NCBI GenBank assembly: GCA_963666835.2
Contig: CAXXGO010000006.1
Span: 448,001-512,000 of the forward strand
Reading direction: 5' to 3'
Source of the DNA: Phycisphaerae bacterium
Lineage (GTDB): Bacteria; Planctomycetota; Phycisphaerae; UBA1845
Length of the DNA: 64,000 nt
Below the pieces are notes generated by a model. That model was not told the DNA's origin. It saw only the letters and a program-made list of their open reading frames with translations, and made no database searches. Position 1 is the stretch's first letter. Every line of letters begins with the position of its first letter. Positions 62,501-64,000 of this stretch are shown one piece after another. The position numbers were made by a program, and so were the translations under genes.

Positions 62501-64000
62501 TCAGGCGCGGCCGCGGGCAGCTTCGCGACCGGCTCGACCGGCGTCGGTGCCGCGACCCAAGCCGGCGAAGCGGATGATGCGGCCAATTCCTGGACAGCTC
62601 CGGCCGCGGCCGCCGGAGTGACCGGGAGCTACACCATTACTTGTGTGGCGACGGATGCGTTGGGGTTCACCTATACGGACAGCACCGCCATCGTGGTCGG
62701 CGCTGACGATATTCTGGCACTCGACATTGCCGTAGACAAGGTCTCTGTGGCTCCCGGAGGAGTCGTTAACCTCACCGTCGATCAGACCGGCGGGGCGACG
62801 CCGTTCGCCTATGCATACACCGCCGTGAATGAGTCGAACGCTGCGGCGGGAACGCTGGGCGCTGCAAGCCAGAGCGGCGTTGCCGGCAACAGCACGAACA
62901 CCTGGACCGCACCTGCGGCCGCGGCGGGGACGCTCGGCACTTATCGTATTCAGGTGACCGCGACCGATGCCGTTGGCGATACGTTTACGGATTCGGTACA
63001 GGTCAACGTAGAATCGCCGCTCTCGCTCGACTTGACGGCGAACGACACGTTCACGGCACCCTCCACCGCGATCGTGTTCTCGGCGAATGTATCCGGCGGA
63101 GAGACCCCGTACTCCTATACCTGGCTGGCCCGGAACAGCGCCGGCACCGATATCGGGACATGGCAGACCGGGGCCGGGGCGGCCGGGCATGCCACGCAGA
63201 ACGGTGAGGCCGGCGATACCGCGAACGCGTGGTCTACTACCACCGAGGGCCGCTATACCGTTACCTGTACGGTTACGGATAACACCGGGCAGTCGTTTAC
63301 CGACTCGTTGCCGGTCGTATATACATCTCAGGACGTCTATTCGCTGGACGTTCGATCCGACAAACTCACCGTCGCACCCGGCGAGCTCGTGAATCTGACC
63401 GGGGACCAGACCGGCGGGATTGCCAACTACACCTACGCCTGGAGCGCTCTGAACGAGGCGGGAGCGGCCGCGGGCACGTTGGGTAGTACTAATCAGGCCG
63501 GAATAGCCGCCGACACGACCAATACGTGGACAGCACCGACCGGCAGCGGAGTCGAGGGCTCGTATCGCATTATCTGTACGGTCACGGATGCGTCCGGACG
63601 AACGTTTACCGATAGCATGCTCCTTGATGTTACCTCGCTGGCACTGCAGAATGTCTTCCTGGCTCCAGCGGCAACCGCGACCAACAACGTGTTGGGTGGA
63701 ACGGCGCTTAACGTCTGGGCCGGAACCGCGGACCCCGGGCAGCAGATAACGGCCGGCCTGACCAACCCTGTCTACCCGCGGAACGTCATTCTCACCATCA
63801 GCGATGCCGACAACAGCATCACCGGAGGCACGGCCCGCGTTACCGGATTGGATGCCCGCGGGCTGGCTATCTCTGAGGTTATCAGCATCGCCGCCTCGGC
63901 CGGGACGTCCAGCACCAATACCGGGGTAGTGCCGTTCGCCACAGTGACCCGGGTCGACTTGTTTGCCTTCACCGGCGCCGACGCCGGAGCGGACCAGGTA
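59561..64000 (+). CDS. Giant lipoprotein with about 13 tandem PKD/SprB-like beta repeats; runs off the window
   Basis: Absent from the track, consistent with no stop in the window. GTG 59561 follows an in-frame TGA at 59507; lipobox TLNTG-C; repeats of 95-110 aa of the form GGxxPYxYxW...GTYxxxCTVTDxxG. The frame was spot-checked along its length and at 64000. Confidence 0.88.
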   Translation, partial: MGLLRVPNLRPATYAAFFLIAIATLNTGCGNIACALLPASPPTAVISADRHRLSQAPGSSLETQLSVSPVKGLPPYSFEWSVVDPAGSRAEVLLDSTDTASTNFTAGEIEGPYEVFCTVTDSCGRAYTAGVVLHVGGQVGLDISTERVGVVAGGGVEGQTTIQLSPSAGIPPFDVSWTCTRPDGHVDNDRLDTTDPLMPVFTSSDELGIYILTATITDSSGDTSVESVIVVVGEVPGLDITVDRPSIVPGGGEDGMARLLATPIGGVEPITYDWEIIDSQGEIRNELLWDTTARSPVFQSPDETGTYLARCAATDVDGVVLIGSTTIQVGRQVTVNVESDRMTLPAGESDGAEAALTAEVLGGSDPVDVEWAVSGPNGRDYTDLLDRDDGMQVVLAPGTVPGLYAVRCTVTDADGVSAADTVVLTMGGTLGLLVTADRTSLATGGGSLYGSSELTATTHGGASPYTYSWSVVDPSGNQASARLDSTNRDSTTFTSSSTVGLHTVMCTVTDALGDVAADSIAIVVGQPLNVDVTVDRQSLVPGGGVSGQAQLLTTVNGGAAPYSYTWTVRDPDGVAAPARLSDLTAATPVFTSAAITGTYRLTLTTSDATGVVFVDSAEVVVSGSSLGTAGFSVDVATNRLTIAPSGGTATLTAFVTGGIAPITYAWTITDPSGAVDNTRIDSTSNFTATFTSAAMHGTYRAVCIATDDSGSTFTDSVQLTVSDAFTLDVSSDVTHVSPGGTVNLLADHSGGSPNFTYLWSCVDDSSVASGTFGSGATGVGAALQTVANDATNTWTAPAAGPGTLGSYRLSVIATDAGGHSFVDTVMITVTDAFSLDVSASATHVSPGGSVNLSADRTGGSSDFTFAFSAVNAGNAASGTFTTGSTGVGAASIVAADDTTNVWTAPNSGAGTLGTYRIIITATDAGGVSFTDTVHVVVSDPFSVNVTANGTVAAPGTATTVTADRSGGETTFSYVWSAADSSGAAAGSFATGSTGVGAATQAGEADDAANSWTAPAAAAGVTGSYTITCVATDALGFTYTDSTAIVVGADDILALDIAVDKVSVAPGGVVNLTVDQTGGATPFAYAYTAVNESNAAAGTLGAASQSGVAGNSTNTWTAPAAAAGTLGTYRIQVTATDAVGDTFTDSVQVNVESPLSLDLTANDTFTAPSTAIVFSANVSGGETPYSYTWLARNSAGTDIGTWQTGAGAAGHATQNGEAGDTANAWSTTTEGRYTVTCTVTDNTGQSFTDSLPVVYTSQDVYSLDVRSDKLTVAPGELVNLTGDQTGGIANYTYAWSALNEAGAAAGTLGSTNQAGIAADTTNTWTAPTGSGVEGSYRIICTVTDASGRTFTDSMLLDVTSLALQNVFLAPAATATNNVLGGTALNVWAGTADPGQQITAGLTNPVYPRNVILTISDADNSITGGTARVTGLDARGLAISEVISIAASAGTSSTNTGVVPFATVTRVDLFAFTGADAGADQV

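Noticed and set aside
59599..63972. Many short ORFs at the right end
   Set aside because: All are off-frame or antisense to the single long lipoprotein ORF starting at 59561.

Overview
A GC-rich bacterial chromosomal segment, most likely Planctomycetota class Phycisphaerae. Support: the 16S signatures GTGGCTAAGGCATGC and GGCTGCAGCAACGAATATTCC, an EF-Ts with TDLPMMECKQAL, and many Cys-rich or dockerin-tailed exported proteins. It carries a stand-alone 16S rRNA gene and housekeeping genes (rpsB-tsf, recQ, ribBA, pgsA-like, wecB-ugd, manA-like, OppA, MFS, DMT, OprB, LemA/TPM). It also has HDOD and c-di-GMP signalling genes, six large surface proteins, and intergenic DNA crowded with GTAG-footed REP-like and MITE-like repeats. 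Most notable: (1) a complete group IIB intron (28404-30328) whose 5' end reads AAGCG instead of GUGYG; the boundary is fixed by an EBS1-IBS1 match and by an empty copy of its target repeat at 47659-47780. (2) A subtilase with an in-frame TGA splitting its catalytic triad. (3) A G7 tract one base away from fusing an HDOD gene to a DGC/PDE gene. (4) Long nested stem structures in unique intergenic DNA, candidate ncRNAs. (5) A tiny exported peptide that is 70% Tyr/Asp. (6) A giant repeat lipoprotein, missed by the ORF track, beside dockerin-like-tailed proteins. All calls come from reading the sequence by eye; no searches were run.
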